Positions 10,859-21,878 are shown, counted from the first letter of the stretch. The stretch: 64,000 bases of DNA from Campylobacterales bacterium (GCA_026390075.1 JAPLGP010000005.1:25316-89315), one strand, 5' to 3'. Made by a program: numbers and translations. Notes: a model not told the origin generated them from the sequence alone.

Positions 10859-12079
10859 TTACGCTTCGATATAATCCAAATCTTCATGAAAAGTTTCACG
10901 CGTAAAATAGAGTGCAGTTAAAGCAATAAAAAATACTACTAAGCCAACGACTGCAGCAGAACCTAAAACACCAAAACTTCCTTTAAGAAGCATAAAACTA
11001 GAGGTAATCGGCACTACAGAACCTCGAACAAAATTTGGAACTGTGGTTGCCACGGTTGCACGGATATTTGTTCCAAACTGCTCTGCCGCCATCGTAATAA
11101 AAAGTGCCCAGTAGCCACAGAACACACCAAGTAAAAATATTGCGGTATAAAAAGAAGAGGCAGTCACGCCTGAAAGAGTAAAATAATAAAGCACACTAAC
11201 AACTGATAAAATCATAAAAATAGTGTATGCGCGTTTACGGCTTTTCATCTGTTGTGAAAGATATCCACTCGCTAAATCGCCTATCGAAAGCCCGATATAG
11301 CAGTACATAAGAGCCTGACCCGCAGTCACATCTCCACTAATAGCTAGGGCTTTTGCAAACTCAGGTGAAAACATGACTAAAACCCCAACCACATACCAAA
11401 GAGGCATTCCGATGACAATCGCTTTAATGTATTTGCTAAAGAGTTTTTTATGTGTAAAAAGTCCAAAAAAATGACCCCGTTTGACATCATCACTCGCATG
11501 ATGCTCAAACATTGCCGACTCTTTGACTCGAAATCTCAACACAAGAAGCATAAAACCGAGCACTCCGCCGATAATATAAGCGTTGCGCCACGCAAAATGT
11601 TCTGTAACAAGATTTGCGGCTACAACACCAAGCACTCCGAATGCGGCAATACTCATAACCCCATATCCACGCAACTCTTTTGGCAAAATCTCAGCGACAA
11701 GCGTTACTCCAGCACCAAGCTCTCCAGCCAAACCAATCCCTGCAATAAAACGCAAAAGTGCATACTGTTCAACATTGGTTACAAAAGCATTAAGGAAATT
11801 GGCAACCGAATAGAGGATAATCGAAGCAAAAAGCACCGATAAACGCCCTTTTTTATCTCCTAAAATGCCCCAAAGAATCCCGCCGATAAGCATTCCAGAC
11901 ATTTGCGCATTGAGGATTATTGACCCCCAAAGAGTTATAGCTTCTTTGTCAAGTCCAAGTTCTGTTAAACTTGCAACTCGCACCACCCCAAATAAAATCA
12001 AATCGTAAATATCTACAAAATATCCCATCGCAATGACAATGACTGGAAGAGTGAGAACCTGACGCACAACAGATTTCAT
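10859..12079 (-). CDS. MFS transporter
   Basis: About 12 TM; GILGDKKGR motif A, GLAGELG, AEQFGTNIRAT. Confidence 0.92.
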   Translation of the reverse strand: MKSVVRQVLTLPVIVIAMGYFVDIYDLILFGVVRVASLTELGLDKEAITLWGSIILNAQMSGMLIGGILWGILGDKKGRLSVLFASIILYSVANFLNAFVTNVEQYALLRFIAGIGLAGELGAGVTLVAEILPKELRGYGVMSIAAFGVLGVVAANLVTEHFAWRNAYIIGGVLGFMLLVLRFRVKESAMFEHHASDDVKRGHFFGLFTHKKLFSKYIKAIVIGMPLWYVVGVLVMFSPEFAKALAISGDVTAGQALMYCYIGLSIGDLASGYLSQQMKSRKRAYTIFMILSVVSVLYYFTLSGVTASSFYTAIFLLGVFCGYWALFITMAAEQFGTNIRATVATTVPNFVRGSVVPITSSFMLLKGSFGVLGSAAVVGLVVFFIALTALYFTRETFHEDLDYIEA

Positions 12080-13221
12080 GACAATCTTCCTCTGTAATCT
12101 GTATAGTCAAATTCTTTAACAACATCCAATGAGCCATCTTTTCTATAAATGGCTAATGACGGGAGTTTTATACCATTAAAAGTAGTATTTTTCACAAAAG
12201 TGTAGTGGATTTGGTCTTCAAAGATAACTTTATCGCCGATTTTTAACGGTGCATCAAAAGAGTAATCACCCATAATATCCCCTGCTAAACAGGTGTTTCT
12301 GCCAAAACGGTAGGTGTATTTTTTCTCCCCTGCCTCACCACTTCCTCGAACATCTGCACGATACGGCATAGCCAAAGTGTCTGGCATGTGGGCTTCTGCA
12401 GAAGTGTCTAAAATAGCGACGCTCATGCCATTTTCAAAAACATCTAAAACAGTTGCGATTAGAAATCCTGTCTGCCAACCGACCGCTTCTCCCGGCTCTA
12501 AATAAACTTCAACATCGTATTTTGCTTTGAACTCTTTAATGAGACGAATGAGTTTTTCAACATCGTACCCTTTTTTGGTTATGTGATGTCCACCACCGAA
12601 ATTGATATATTTTAAACCTTTAAAGTATTTTGAAAATTTCTCTTCAAAAGCCACCAAAACTTCTTCAAGCGCATCTACATTTTGCTCACATAGTGCGTGA
12701 AAATTGAGTCCATCCACATGCTCTAAAACGCTCTCATCAAAATTCGCAAGAGTAGTACCCAAGCGGCTATAAATGCCACATGGATTGTAAATATCTTTTG
12801 GCGAAGAGGAGACTTCAGGGTTTATTCTCAAAGAAAGTTCGGCATGTGGATTTATCTCTTTGACTCTCTCTTTAAATTTAAAAAGTTGATTCGGTGCGTT
12901 AAAAACTATGTGGTCGGAAATTCGAGCGATTTCGTCGATATCTTCTTCTTTAAAAGCTGGAGAATAGGTGTGAACCTCGGCATGTGGATTATATTTACAA
13001 AACTCTTCTCTCGCCAATTTTGCTTCATGAAGTCCACTTGAAGTGCACCCTTTGAGGTATTTTGACACAAGAGGAAATGTACTCCACATGGCAAAACCTT
13101 TAAGAGCCAAGATTATCTTCGCCCCACTCTCTTTTTGTACATAATCAAGGAGTTTGAGATTGTTTTCTAAAAGCTCTTCCTCGCAAACATAACAAGGTGT
13201 TTTTATACTGTTTATATCCAT
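12076..13221 (-). CDS. nspC: Carboxynorspermidine decarboxylase
   Basis: TPCYV, LALKGF, HFHALCEQ-like NFHALCEQ, NFGGGH, EPGEA, YTFVKNTTFNG. Confidence 0.93.
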   Translation of the reverse strand: MDINSIKTPCYVCEEELLENNLKLLDYVQKESGAKIILALKGFAMWSTFPLVSKYLKGCTSSGLHEAKLAREEFCKYNPHAEVHTYSPAFKEEDIDEIARISDHIVFNAPNQLFKFKERVKEINPHAELSLRINPEVSSSPKDIYNPCGIYSRLGTTLANFDESVLEHVDGLNFHALCEQNVDALEEVLVAFEEKFSKYFKGLKYINFGGGHHITKKGYDVEKLIRLIKEFKAKYDVEVYLEPGEAVGWQTGFLIATVLDVFENGMSVAILDTSAEAHMPDTLAMPYRADVRGSGEAGEKKYTYRFGRNTCLAGDIMGDYSFDAPLKIGDKVIFEDQIHYTFVKNTTFNGIKLPSLAIYRKDGSLDVVKEFDYTDYRGRLS

Positions 13222-13245
13222 TGTATCACTCTTTTTACTAATTTT

Positions 13246-13983
13246 TTATCTGTTTTTACTTATAAATTTAGGGTAGTATTTTACGAGTCTATTTAATTCC
13301 CCTTCAAACTGACTACCCCATTGGTTTTCATTTTTCTTCAGCAATTCAAGAAATGCTATGCGTCGTTTAACAAAATATAAATATAAAACGGTGCTTACAA
13401 CAGCGGCATAAAGACACCAAAGTGATGTAAGCGCTAAAGGTTTAAGCCAATAAACTAAATTTATTCCCACTATATTTAACCATCCAAAAAGTTGAATAGG
13501 AATCTTTTCACTTAAAATCAAAGAGCCCCCAGTTGTCAAAATATATATAATTGCAACCCAATGATGATCTGTCGTAGGATTTACATAATAGAGTAAACCA
13601 TCTTTTAGAGAGACTGATGTAGGTTCAAATGAAAGCCCCCACATGGTATAAATTGACAATAAAGCACCCATAATCATAAGTATTGCAATTAAATTTTTTC
13701 TTAACCCTTTTGGTTCTATGAGCCAGATTGCCAATGGAATGATAAACTGCAACAGACCTTGGGCGTAAAAAACATAAATTGACTCGGCAATTTCTAAGGC
13801 TCTTGCTTCAATAAGACCATAAATTCCAAGCCAGACAAACCCTTGAGTAAACTCATGCATGGCAAAAAGTAGAGGTAAGGAGGCAAAAATCACTTCATGT
13901 GGTGTACTTACTTTGCGTAAAGTCATTATGCCAACTACACCAATAAGAGCGGAGAGAGCAAAATTTAAAATAGCAAAATACAC
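13246..13983 (-). CDS. Multi-pass membrane protein (DUF6629-like)
   Basis: ASLPLLFAMHEFTQGFVW and SLWCLYAA motifs. Confidence 0.7.
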   Translation of the reverse strand: MYFAILNFALSALIGVVGIMTLRKVSTPHEVIFASLPLLFAMHEFTQGFVWLGIYGLIEARALEIAESIYVFYAQGLLQFIIPLAIWLIEPKGLRKNLIAILMIMGALLSIYTMWGLSFEPTSVSLKDGLLYYVNPTTDHHWVAIIYILTTGGSLILSEKIPIQLFGWLNIVGINLVYWLKPLALTSLWCLYAAVVSTVLYLYFVKRRIAFLELLKKNENQWGSQFEGELNRLVKYYPKFISKNR

Positions 13984-14050
13984 ATGAATCCTTTTAGCTG
14001 ATGTTACGCACTAAAACGAACTAATAATTTAATATCAATAAACTAAATTA

Positions 14051-14154
14051 AACTTTTTGCAAAACTCTCTCATAAGATTGCTTCGCTTTGCTCGCAATGA
14101 CCGTCATTGCGAGGAGGAACGACGAAGCAATCTAAGTTTTGCAAGAAGTCTATT
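14051..14154. repeat. ~108-bp palindromic repeat, copy 3
   Basis: TTGCAAAACT...GTTTTGCAAGAAGTCTATT with the same internal halves. Confidence 0.88.
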
Positions 14155-14167
14155 ATTATAAAAAAAC

Positions 14168-15361
14168 TTACAGCTCTTTTACTTGCCAAGGAAGCCCTTG
14201 TGTGTTCATCTCTTCCATAAAAGCATCAGGGTCTAGTTGTTCCATGTTAAACACTCCAACTCCGCTCCAAATGCCTTTTAACATAAGTTTCGCACCAATC
14301 ATAGCAGGAACGCCCGTTGTATAAGAGACGCCTTGAGCGTTTGTCTCACGGAAGCACTCTTCATGGTCTTTTACTTGGTAGATATAAATCTTTCTTGGTT
14401 TTCCATCTTTGATACCCTCAACAACTACGCCGATGTTCGTTTTGCCTTTTGTTCGAGGACCAAGAGAAGCTGGGTCTGGAAGAAGAGTTTTTAGAAATTC
14501 CATAGGAACGATTTTCATTCCCTTGTGTTCAATTGGCTCAATTCCCAACATTCCAACATTTTCTAAACACTTCATGTGTGTCAAATAACTCTGTCCAAAT
14601 GTCATAAAAAATCGGATGCGTTTAAGCCCTTTGATGTTTAAAACCAAAGATTCCATCTCTTCATGGTAAAGCAAATAACTATCTTTTTCGCCCACTTCAG
14701 GATAATCCCAAACCATTTTAATCTCCATCGGCTCAGTCTCAATCCACTTTCCATTTTCCCAATAACGCCCTTTTGAAGAGACTTCTCTGAGGTTGATTTC
14801 AGGGTTGAAGTTGGTTGCAAAAGCGTAGCCATGGTCACCTGCGTTACAGTCTAGGATGTCGATTGTATGAATCTCATCAAAGTAGTGTTTTTGCGCATAA
14901 GCACAAAATACATTTGTAGCCCCAGGGTCAAAACCGCTTCCTAAAAGCCCCATAATTCCAGCTTCTTTGAACTTCGCATCTCTTTCCCACTGAAGTTTGT
15001 ACTCAAACTTTGCTTCATCTGGATGTTCATAATTTGCAGTATCAAGGTAAGGAGTTTTTGTTGCAATACACGCATCCATGATTGTTAAATCTTGATACGG
15101 AAGTGCCACATTTATCAGGATATCTGGCTTATGTAAGTTGATGAGTTTTATCACTTCGTCTGTGTTGTCTGCATCAACAGTTGCTATCTCAATGTTGGCA
15201 TGTGGAAGTTCACTTTTTATAACTTCACATCGACTAAGAGTTCTACTTGCCAATACAATCTTGCCAAATACATCTGCATTTTGCACACACTTATGTACAA
15301 CTACTCTACTTACTCCACCTGCGCCGATAATCAATGTTGTTTTCATAAAAAATTTCTCCAA
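14168..15361 (-). CDS. Saccharopine dehydrogenase family protein, likely carboxyspermidine dehydrogenase
   Basis: IIGAGGVS, YLDTANYE, GSGFDPG, FATNFNPEINLRE; next to nspC. Confidence 0.9.
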   Translation of the reverse strand: MEKFFMKTTLIIGAGGVSRVVVHKCVQNADVFGKIVLASRTLSRCEVIKSELPHANIEIATVDADNTDEVIKLINLHKPDILINVALPYQDLTIMDACIATKTPYLDTANYEHPDEAKFEYKLQWERDAKFKEAGIMGLLGSGFDPGATNVFCAYAQKHYFDEIHTIDILDCNAGDHGYAFATNFNPEINLREVSSKGRYWENGKWIETEPMEIKMVWDYPEVGEKDSYLLYHEEMESLVLNIKGLKRIRFFMTFGQSYLTHMKCLENVGMLGIEPIEHKGMKIVPMEFLKTLLPDPASLGPRTKGKTNIGVVVEGIKDGKPRKIYIYQVKDHEECFRETNAQGVSYTTGVPAMIGAKLMLKGIWSGVGVFNMEQLDPDAFMEEMNTQGLPWQVKEL

Positions 15362-15403
15362 AAAATAATTGCGGTATTATACTAATATATTATTTTTAAA
15401 CAT

Positions 15404-15775
15404 TTAAACGAGTTCAAATGCCTGTAATAAAACTGTAATCCAAATACCTGCTGTTAAAATCAAACTGAGCAAAACCAAAGTTGCTCCAGCGTCTTTTGCC
15501 TGTTTTGCAAGTATGTGATACTCCGTTGTTACCAAATCGACAACTCTCTCAATAGAGCTGTTTGTAACTTCTGCTAAAACAGGGATAAAAAGAGACAAGA
15601 AAAGAATACTTGCATATCCAAAACTAATCGGCAAATTCCACGCCACAATACCCATAACAAAAAACATTAAAAGCTGCCATTTGAACGATGTCTCATTTTT
15701 TGTTATGTCTATAAAGCCTTCTACGGCGTACATTCCGTTTCTAAAGAGTGAATGCTTGGGTTTATTTAGTTTCAT
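15404..15775 (-). CDS. dgkA: Diacylglycerol kinase
   Basis: EVTNSSIERVVD, AKQAKDAGA. Confidence 0.9.
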   Translation of the reverse strand: MKLNKPKHSLFRNGMYAVEGFIDITKNETSFKWQLLMFFVMGIVAWNLPISFGYASILFLSLFIPVLAEVTNSSIERVVDLVTTEYHILAKQAKDAGATLVLLSLILTAGIWITVLLQAFELV

Positions 15776-17594
15776 ATTTATCCTTCATTTTTTGTATAAT
15801 TTTTTGTAGTTCATCTGCTTTTGTATCTCTTGAAACTGGCGGAGCAAAATAGACCGTTATCTCTCTTCTTGCAAAAAAATTCTTCTTCATTTCTGGCTTA
15901 TATTTTGAAAAAATACTTCCAAAAATTCCATCGATGAAAAATGGAATTATAACACCCTCATAATCAGTTGGTATAAGTTCATAGCCTCTATTAAATAGAG
16001 CAATATCTGAAGTCATAGCTATCTCGCCCTCAGGATAAAGTGCAACGACTTTACCCTTTTTGAGTCTATTGTAAGCCTCTTTAAACGCATCTTTAAAGGC
16101 TTTTTGAGAGAGTGGTATCGCTTCACCTTTTTTAAAAATCGTGTGAAAACCCCTCCAGTTGTATATCTCTTTATCCATCATAAAATTGATTCTTCTTTCT
16201 ACTCCAAGCTGTAAGATAATCCAGTCTATCCAGCTTACATGATTTCCTAAAAGTAATACGGCATTGGCATGTGGAATATTTTCTAAGCCTACAAATTTAT
16301 AGTTATGTCTCATTCTAAAAACAAGCTCTATTATCGCCCAAAAAGTCATAACAGAGTAGCGTTTATAAAGCATGAGAAAAAGATACAAACCTACAAAAGA
16401 CATAAGATAAAAAAGTATTTCAGCATTCATTCCAAAGTATGCAAAAAGGGTTGTTAAAACTAAAAATGAGAACATAAAAATATTTTGTACAAAATTATTT
16501 CCTGCTAACACAGTTCCCAAATGAACTCTTGGTGTGATAAATTGGATTTGTGCGTTGAGTGGAACCATGAGTAAACCTGCAAAAATTCCAAAAAGTGTAA
16601 ACATAAGAGCCATTAAACTCATAGATTGCACAAAAGGAATGAGAAAAACCAAAAGAGTAATTCCAACTGAACCTACAACTACTAAACCTATATTGATGTA
16701 ATACTTGGAAAAATTTGCCGCCATAATAGAACCTATGACGATACCGATACCAGCGAGTGCCATAACACCTTGAACAAAGATTGTATTTGTAACTCCAAGT
16801 TCACTCTTTGCATACTCGCCAAATACAGCCAAAACAACCTGAGAGATAGACCAAAAAAGGCTCAGAGCTATAATAGCTTCAAAAACTTCTTTTTTTCTTC
16901 TCATAATGTGCAAATTTTTTACTAAATAGGCACCTTTTATATATCTTGCATATTGAAATTTTTTCTGGGATGTTTGTAGCATTTTATTTGGAAGTTTTGA
17001 AGTTAAAAACCACTCGACAATCGAACTTACAACCAAAAGCCAACCAAGAGGAGCTATGAGTTGCAAAATATCCTCTTTTGTTTGAAAACTATTATCTAAT
17101 AAGCCCTCAAACAAAACAGTATAAAAAATAATTCCACCCAAAATAGCAACTGTTGTGACCGCTTGAACTGCTCCATTGCCTGAACTTATAAATTCATTTC
17201 CAACTAACTCTTTTATGTATCCATACTTTGCAGGTCCATAAATAGCAGCTTGAACTCCAAGTAAAAAAGTCATAGCAAACGCTGTGTAAAACCACCCTTG
17301 ATAGTAGGATAATGTGATAAAAAGGGTAATAAGTATCGCAAAAATAGAAGCGTATTCCATGATTTTATTTTTTGGAAATTTATCGGCTAAAAAACCTGAG
17401 GGAGAAAACATCATGATAAAAGGAAGAAGTATAAGAGCATTTACAATTGCAGTTAAAACTATCTGCATCTGCCCATCATAAACTTTAAAAACAGTGTTTT
17501 GAATGATGATTTTATGACCTAAATCCGTAAAAGCATTTAAAAAAATAACTATGAGATAGTTTATAAATCCAGTTATTGCAAAGATTTTTCTCAT
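15762..17594 (-). CDS. MFS (LplT-like) fused to PlsC acyltransferase (Aas-like, no acyl-ACP synthetase domain)
   Basis: PAKYGYIKEL, NHVSWIDW, LYPEG. Confidence 0.88.
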   Translation of the reverse strand: MRKIFAITGFINYLIVIFLNAFTDLGHKIIIQNTVFKVYDGQMQIVLTAIVNALILLPFIMMFSPSGFLADKFPKNKIMEYASIFAILITLFITLSYYQGWFYTAFAMTFLLGVQAAIYGPAKYGYIKELVGNEFISSGNGAVQAVTTVAILGGIIFYTVLFEGLLDNSFQTKEDILQLIAPLGWLLVVSSIVEWFLTSKLPNKMLQTSQKKFQYARYIKGAYLVKNLHIMRRKKEVFEAIIALSLFWSISQVVLAVFGEYAKSELGVTNTIFVQGVMALAGIGIVIGSIMAANFSKYYINIGLVVVGSVGITLLVFLIPFVQSMSLMALMFTLFGIFAGLLMVPLNAQIQFITPRVHLGTVLAGNNFVQNIFMFSFLVLTTLFAYFGMNAEILFYLMSFVGLYLFLMLYKRYSVMTFWAIIELVFRMRHNYKFVGLENIPHANAVLLLGNHVSWIDWIILQLGVERRINFMMDKEIYNWRGFHTIFKKGEAIPLSQKAFKDAFKEAYNRLKKGKVVALYPEGEIAMTSDIALFNRGYELIPTDYEGVIIPFFIDGIFGSIFSKYKPEMKKNFFARREITVYFAPPVSRDTKADELQKIIQKMKDKYETK

Positions 17595-17597
17595 TTT

Positions 17598-18326
17598 TTA
17601 GCTATTTTCTTCTTCATCATTTGCTAAAGTCGTACTCCAGCCCTCATAAAAGCCATGTTCTTTTTTGATAAGTGCATACAACTCTTCAACAACTTTTTTT
17701 AGTTCTTCTTCTGTTGGCATGTGGATTTTAACTAAAGCCACTCCGTGTTCATACTCATCGTTGGCAATATCATCTTTAAATGTAAACCCAATGTCCATAG
17801 CGCTAATTATAAATCTCTCTTTTTGCGTGCTTGTGTCAAACACCGCATAATGCTCGATTTCTCTAGCAATAGTGTTATCATCTCCCTCTTCTTCTAGTAA
17901 AAATAGGATTTGCGCACTTTGAATGTGATGCGATTCTAACTCTGTTGGAGTGAGTTGAAGCTCATAAAAACTCCATTTCGTATCTCGTACAACATTACTC
18001 TCATAAACATAATTTGTAGGTGTTAAAATTTTTGCAACAATAGCGTTCAGTTCTTTAGAATCAGGTGCATAAAAATAAAACTCACTCCAACCATCTACAA
18101 CTCTGTTACCAACATATTTCGCTTTTTCTTCATGCTCAAGAGCAATGATAAGAGACTCTTTCGTCTCTAAAAACTCTTCATAACCATCTATATTTTGATT
18201 GAGTGCATCATACTTTATAAAAATACTAAATAACCATGGATTGCCCTCTTTAAAATCACCCGCATCAACATCAACTTCTATGTTTATAAGACTTTTGTCT
18301 TCCATTCTGTTAAAAATTTCTCTCAT
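17598..18326 (-). CDS. DUF695 / RraB-like domain protein
   Basis: DGWSEFYFY; C-terminal REIEHYAVF...GFYEGWST. Confidence 0.75.
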   Translation of the reverse strand: MREIFNRMEDKSLINIEVDVDAGDFKEGNPWLFSIFIKYDALNQNIDGYEEFLETKESLIIALEHEEKAKYVGNRVVDGWSEFYFYAPDSKELNAIVAKILTPTNYVYESNVVRDTKWSFYELQLTPTELESHHIQSAQILFLLEEEGDDNTIAREIEHYAVFDTSTQKERFIISAMDIGFTFKDDIANDEYEHGVALVKIHMPTEEELKKVVEELYALIKKEHGFYEGWSTTLANDEEENS

Positions 18327-18410
18327 TTTTTCTCTATCTTATTTTTTTATTTATTATAGCTGATTTTCAACTTTTAGTATTATAAAAAAGGAGGATAAAT
18401 ACATCTTACA

Positions 18411-18494
18411 TGAAAATGATTATCAAAACTATTGACATTTGAAAAAAAATAATATACAATTCTTCAAAACAAATGATTATGATAGTATTTATCA
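18411..18494 (+). promoter_or_regulatory. Sigma70 promoter flanked by two Fur-box-like sites
   Basis: TTGACA 18432-37, 17 bp, TACAAT 18455-60; AAAATGATTATCA upstream and 7-1-7-like TGATAGT-A-TTTATCA at 18480-94. Confidence 0.7.
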
Positions 18495-18514
18495 TAAATA
18501 AAAAAGGATTTAAA

Positions 18515-19747
18515 ATGACACCATCAAAACTATCGTTAGCTTTAATTACGGCATTGGCATTCTCAGGTTCTATTTATGCAGATGATGCATCTGAAATAGC
18601 TCAGTTAAAAAAAGAGATGAAAGAACTTCGTGCAATGACACAAACACTTGTAGAAGAAACAAGTGACTTAAAAACGGGTTCTAGTTACACTACAGTAGAT
18701 ACGGAAAAATCATATAGTGGTTTAGGAAGTGCAGCGTCAAAAGTGTACTATTCAAAATCTCCTCTTTCCATTGGCGGTTATGGTGAGGTAATGTACACAA
18801 ATAATAATGACAGTAGTAAAGGTTCAACATTGGCTGGAACTAAATTTGTTCCATACATCGGTTATAAATTTAGTGACAATATAATTTTAAATACTGAAAT
18901 TGAATTTGAGGGCGGAGGTGTAGATCGTGGAGGAAATGCAGGTGATGAAGTCGTAGTTGAATTTATGTATCTTGACTATTTAATCAACAAAAATGTAAAC
19001 ATTAGAGCTGGTAATTTTATCATACCAATGGGACTTATCAACCAAAAACACGAACCTACACTCTACAATACAGTTGAACGCCCAGACACTGAAAAATACA
19101 TTATACCTTCAACTTGGACTGAGACAGGTGCAATGGCATATGGTAACATTATAAATAATTTAACATACAATTTTGCAGCGGTTAGCGCCTTAAAAACAAA
19201 TGTAAATGGGAAAGAATGGATTAGAGAAGGGCGCGGTGGTCCAGTGGAGAGATCAAATCCTAACCTTGGTTTTGCGGCAAGATTGGACTATACAGGAATA
19301 AATGGGCTTTTAGTAGGTGCTTCGGCTTATTATGGACCTTCAACAGATGGTGTAAAGTCAGATACATCCATATATGATATTCACTTAGATTATAAAAATA
19401 GCGGTGCTAGAGTTTATGGAGTATATTCACAAGCAACGCGTTCTTCGGCTTCTAACATTGCAACTGATGCTGTGAAAAGTGCTCAGGGTGGTTATATAAA
19501 CTTGAGTTATGATATACTTTCCTTAACATCATCAACATATTCTTTACCACTGTTTGTGCAGTATGAGAGCTTGAATGCAGAGGAAAAAAGAGCTGATGGA
19601 ACTTCAGGCGATTCAACACAGACGACAACTATGGGTGTCAACTTTTTTCCTCATGAGCAGGTTGTGTTAAAATTAAATTATGCGATGAAAAGCCAAGGGA
19701 CGATTGACGACCAAATAACAAATGTGTCCATGGGCTTTATTTTTTAA
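18515..19747 (+). CDS. Outer-membrane porin-like protein (start moved to ATG 18515)
   Basis: AAAGGA RBS, signal peptide, coiled coil, NTEIEFE, HEPTLY, terminal Phe. Confidence 0.8.
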   Translation: MTPSKLSLALITALAFSGSIYADDASEIAQLKKEMKELRAMTQTLVEETSDLKTGSSYTTVDTEKSYSGLGSAASKVYYSKSPLSIGGYGEVMYTNNNDSSKGSTLAGTKFVPYIGYKFSDNIILNTEIEFEGGGVDRGGNAGDEVVVEFMYLDYLINKNVNIRAGNFIIPMGLINQKHEPTLYNTVERPDTEKYIIPSTWTETGAMAYGNIINNLTYNFAAVSALKTNVNGKEWIREGRGGPVERSNPNLGFAARLDYTGINGLLVGASAYYGPSTDGVKSDTSIYDIHLDYKNSGARVYGVYSQATRSSASNIATDAVKSAQGGYINLSYDILSLTSSTYSLPLFVQYESLNAEEKRADGTSGDSTQTTTMGVNFFPHEQVVLKLNYAMKSQGTIDDQITNVSMGFIF

Positions 19748-19758
19748 AAAGAGAAATT

Positions 19759-20286
19759 ATGAAAAAATTCTTTATATACATTATTCTGGTTTTTGCACTT
19801 CCTTTGAGTGCAGAAATCTTAACCTCTCCAATAGATGCAATGAAATATGCTTATGGACAAAACAGCGAAATAAGCAAAAATGATATTTTACTCTCCTCAG
19901 AACAAGAGAGTAGCATAAGTCAAGAAGCAAAAGTGGCACTAGATACTAAAATATTTAGAGTCTTCAAAGCCGTAGCAGATAATAAAATTCTTGGCTATGG
20001 AATTTTAATTAGCAAACAAGTTCGTTCAAAAAATGCAGTGATTCTTTACATAATTACTAAAGAGTCTCTATTAAAAAGCATAGAAATCATAGCTTTTAAT
20101 GAACCTATTGAATATTTGCCATCCAAAGAGTGGAGTTCACAGTTTCAAAATATTGAGACGACTCAAATGTTAAGAATTTCTAAAGAGATTCCGACTATAA
20201 CAGGTGCGACGCTCTCAGCTAGAAGTGCCGTAGATGGCTCACGAATAGCCTTTGCTTTTTATAACACGGTTCTAAAAGAGAAATAA
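19759..20286 (+). CDS. Exported FMN-binding domain protein
   Basis: ITGATLSA flavinylation motif, IIAFNEPIEY. Confidence 0.85.
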   Translation: MKKFFIYIILVFALPLSAEILTSPIDAMKYAYGQNSEISKNDILLSSEQESSISQEAKVALDTKIFRVFKAVADNKILGYGILISKQVRSKNAVILYIITKESLLKSIEIIAFNEPIEYLPSKEWSSQFQNIETTQMLRISKEIPTITGATLSARSAVDGSRIAFAFYNTVLKEK

Positions 20287-20759
20287 TGAAGTTCACCATC
20301 ATTAAAGATTTAAATCAAGACAGCATGATGAAGCCGATTTTATCAGGTTTGCTCTTTTTCACCCTGCTCTATCTTCTGTCAGATTTTATTGTAAAATATA
20401 GTAATTTTGGAATATTTCCACATGCCATACACGCAACACTCTTTGGAAATGAAGAACAGTTTATAGACCCAATAAATAAAGCATCATTTTTAGAGTTCTG
20501 GCATGTGGAAATCTTTTTTATTATGATGATTCTATTTACTCTAAGCACCGTTTATATTCGGCTAAGTAAAGCTTCAAAAAGTGCTATAGTTATAGTCAAT
20601 CTAATGATGATGAGTGCGATTACTTCACTCATTAGTTTGCCTCTTGCCTATTTTCTCAGCTCTGACTTTATAAACATTTATGTTGCAACTTTTTTTATCT
20701 GGCATATTTTAGCACTCATAAGTACGCTCTATTCTCTCAAAAGACTGCGTTATGCATAG
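20286..20759 (+). CDS. Membrane protein with conserved-looking His residues
   Basis: TM helices; LEFWHVEIF, WHIL. Confidence 0.7.
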   Translation: MKFTIIKDLNQDSMMKPILSGLLFFTLLYLLSDFIVKYSNFGIFPHAIHATLFGNEEQFIDPINKASFLEFWHVEIFFIMMILFTLSTVYIRLSKASKSAIVIVNLMMMSAITSLISLPLAYFLSSDFINIYVATFFIWHILALISTLYSLKRLRYA

Positions 20760-21207
20760 AGCATATAAAATCTCTATTCTTTATTTTGCTCTATTTACAC
20801 TTCTTTTATTAGGAAGTGGATATATGATTTTTGAGTCCAAAATAGGCTTTGACGCACAAAGAGCTTTGGCTTACTATATGGGCAATAAAGAGCTGTTTGT
20901 CGCTGCTAAAACAAATGTCGGTATTTTAAAACTGGCTCTGCCGCACATCTTTGGTTTTGCTCTTTTATCTATGATTATTTTGCATTTTTTAATCTTCACA
21001 AAATTTAGAAACAGTACATTTGTAAAGGTGTTGCTTTACACTCTATTCATTTCTCAATTTTTTGAAAGCTTCACTCCGTTTCTTATAATCAATATCTCTG
21101 AAATATTTATTTACCTGAAAATCATCTCATTTTTTATTTTTATGGGTCTTATTCCGATTGTTTTATATCTTCTTTTTGATAGTATTGCGCAAATAAAATT
21201 TAGATAG
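20752..21207 (+). CDS. Membrane protein, possible heme-b ligand pair
   Basis: LPHIFGFALLSMIILHF (His pair in one helix). Confidence 0.7.
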   Translation: MHRAYKISILYFALFTLLLLGSGYMIFESKIGFDAQRALAYYMGNKELFVAAKTNVGILKLALPHIFGFALLSMIILHFLIFTKFRNSTFVKVLLYTLFISQFFESFTPFLIINISEIFIYLKIISFFIFMGLIPIVLYLLFDSIAQIKFR

Positions 21208-21219
21208 GAAATTTTAATC

Positions 21220-21774
21220 ATGTTGGAAGTTTTTCTGCTCTCTTTCGCTCTTAGTATGGATGCATTTGCTGTTTCCATCGGTCTTGGTGTTAAAAATAAA
21301 TATTTTGACAAAACGCTAGCCCTTAAAGCCGCTCTATTTTTTGGTTTTTTTCAGGCTCTGATGCCGCTATTTGGTTATATTGCCAGCCTTGGAATTGGTG
21401 TTTATATAGAATCTATTGACCATTGGGTTGCCTTTATTTTACTCAGTATCATAGGTGGAAAAATGCTTTATGAGAGTTTTGGTGAGAATACGGAAGATGA
21501 AATTGCAATCATTACAAACAAAGTACTTCTCATCTTAGCAATAGCTACAAGCATAGATGCCATGGCAGCAGGTTTTACTCTAAATCTACTTCAACTAAAT
21601 CCTTATCTATCCATGATAATTATCGGTGTAGTGACCTTTATATTCGGCTATATTGGGGTTTTTATCGGCTCAAGAGGCGGTGAATATCTAGAGGATAAAG
21701 CTGAAAAATTAGGCGGTATTGTTCTTATTGGAATTGGTTTGAAAATCTTAATAGAACATACTTTATTACATTAG
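21220..21774 (+). CDS. mntP: Manganese efflux pump MntP family
   Basis: ALSMDAFAVS, DHWVAF, ATSIDA. Confidence 0.9.
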   Translation: MLEVFLLSFALSMDAFAVSIGLGVKNKYFDKTLALKAALFFGFFQALMPLFGYIASLGIGVYIESIDHWVAFILLSIIGGKMLYESFGENTEDEIAIITNKVLLILAIATSIDAMAAGFTLNLLQLNPYLSMIIIGVVTFIFGYIGVFIGSRGGEYLEDKAEKLGGIVLIGIGLKILIEHTLLH

Positions 21775-21878
21775 ATTTCTTGCAAAACTCTCTTCTTAGA
21801 TTGCTTCACTTCGTTCGCAATGACCGTCATTGCGAGGAAGAATGACGAAGTAATCTGAGTTTTGCAAGAACTCTATTA
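21771..21878. repeat. ~108-bp palindromic repeat, copy 4, between convergent mntP and apbE
   Basis: Touches both stop codons. Confidence 0.9.

Noticed and set aside
15762-17594. Aas lacking its synthetase domain as a pseudogene
   Set aside because: The ORF is intact and coupled to dgkA; MFS-acyltransferase-only forms are plausible
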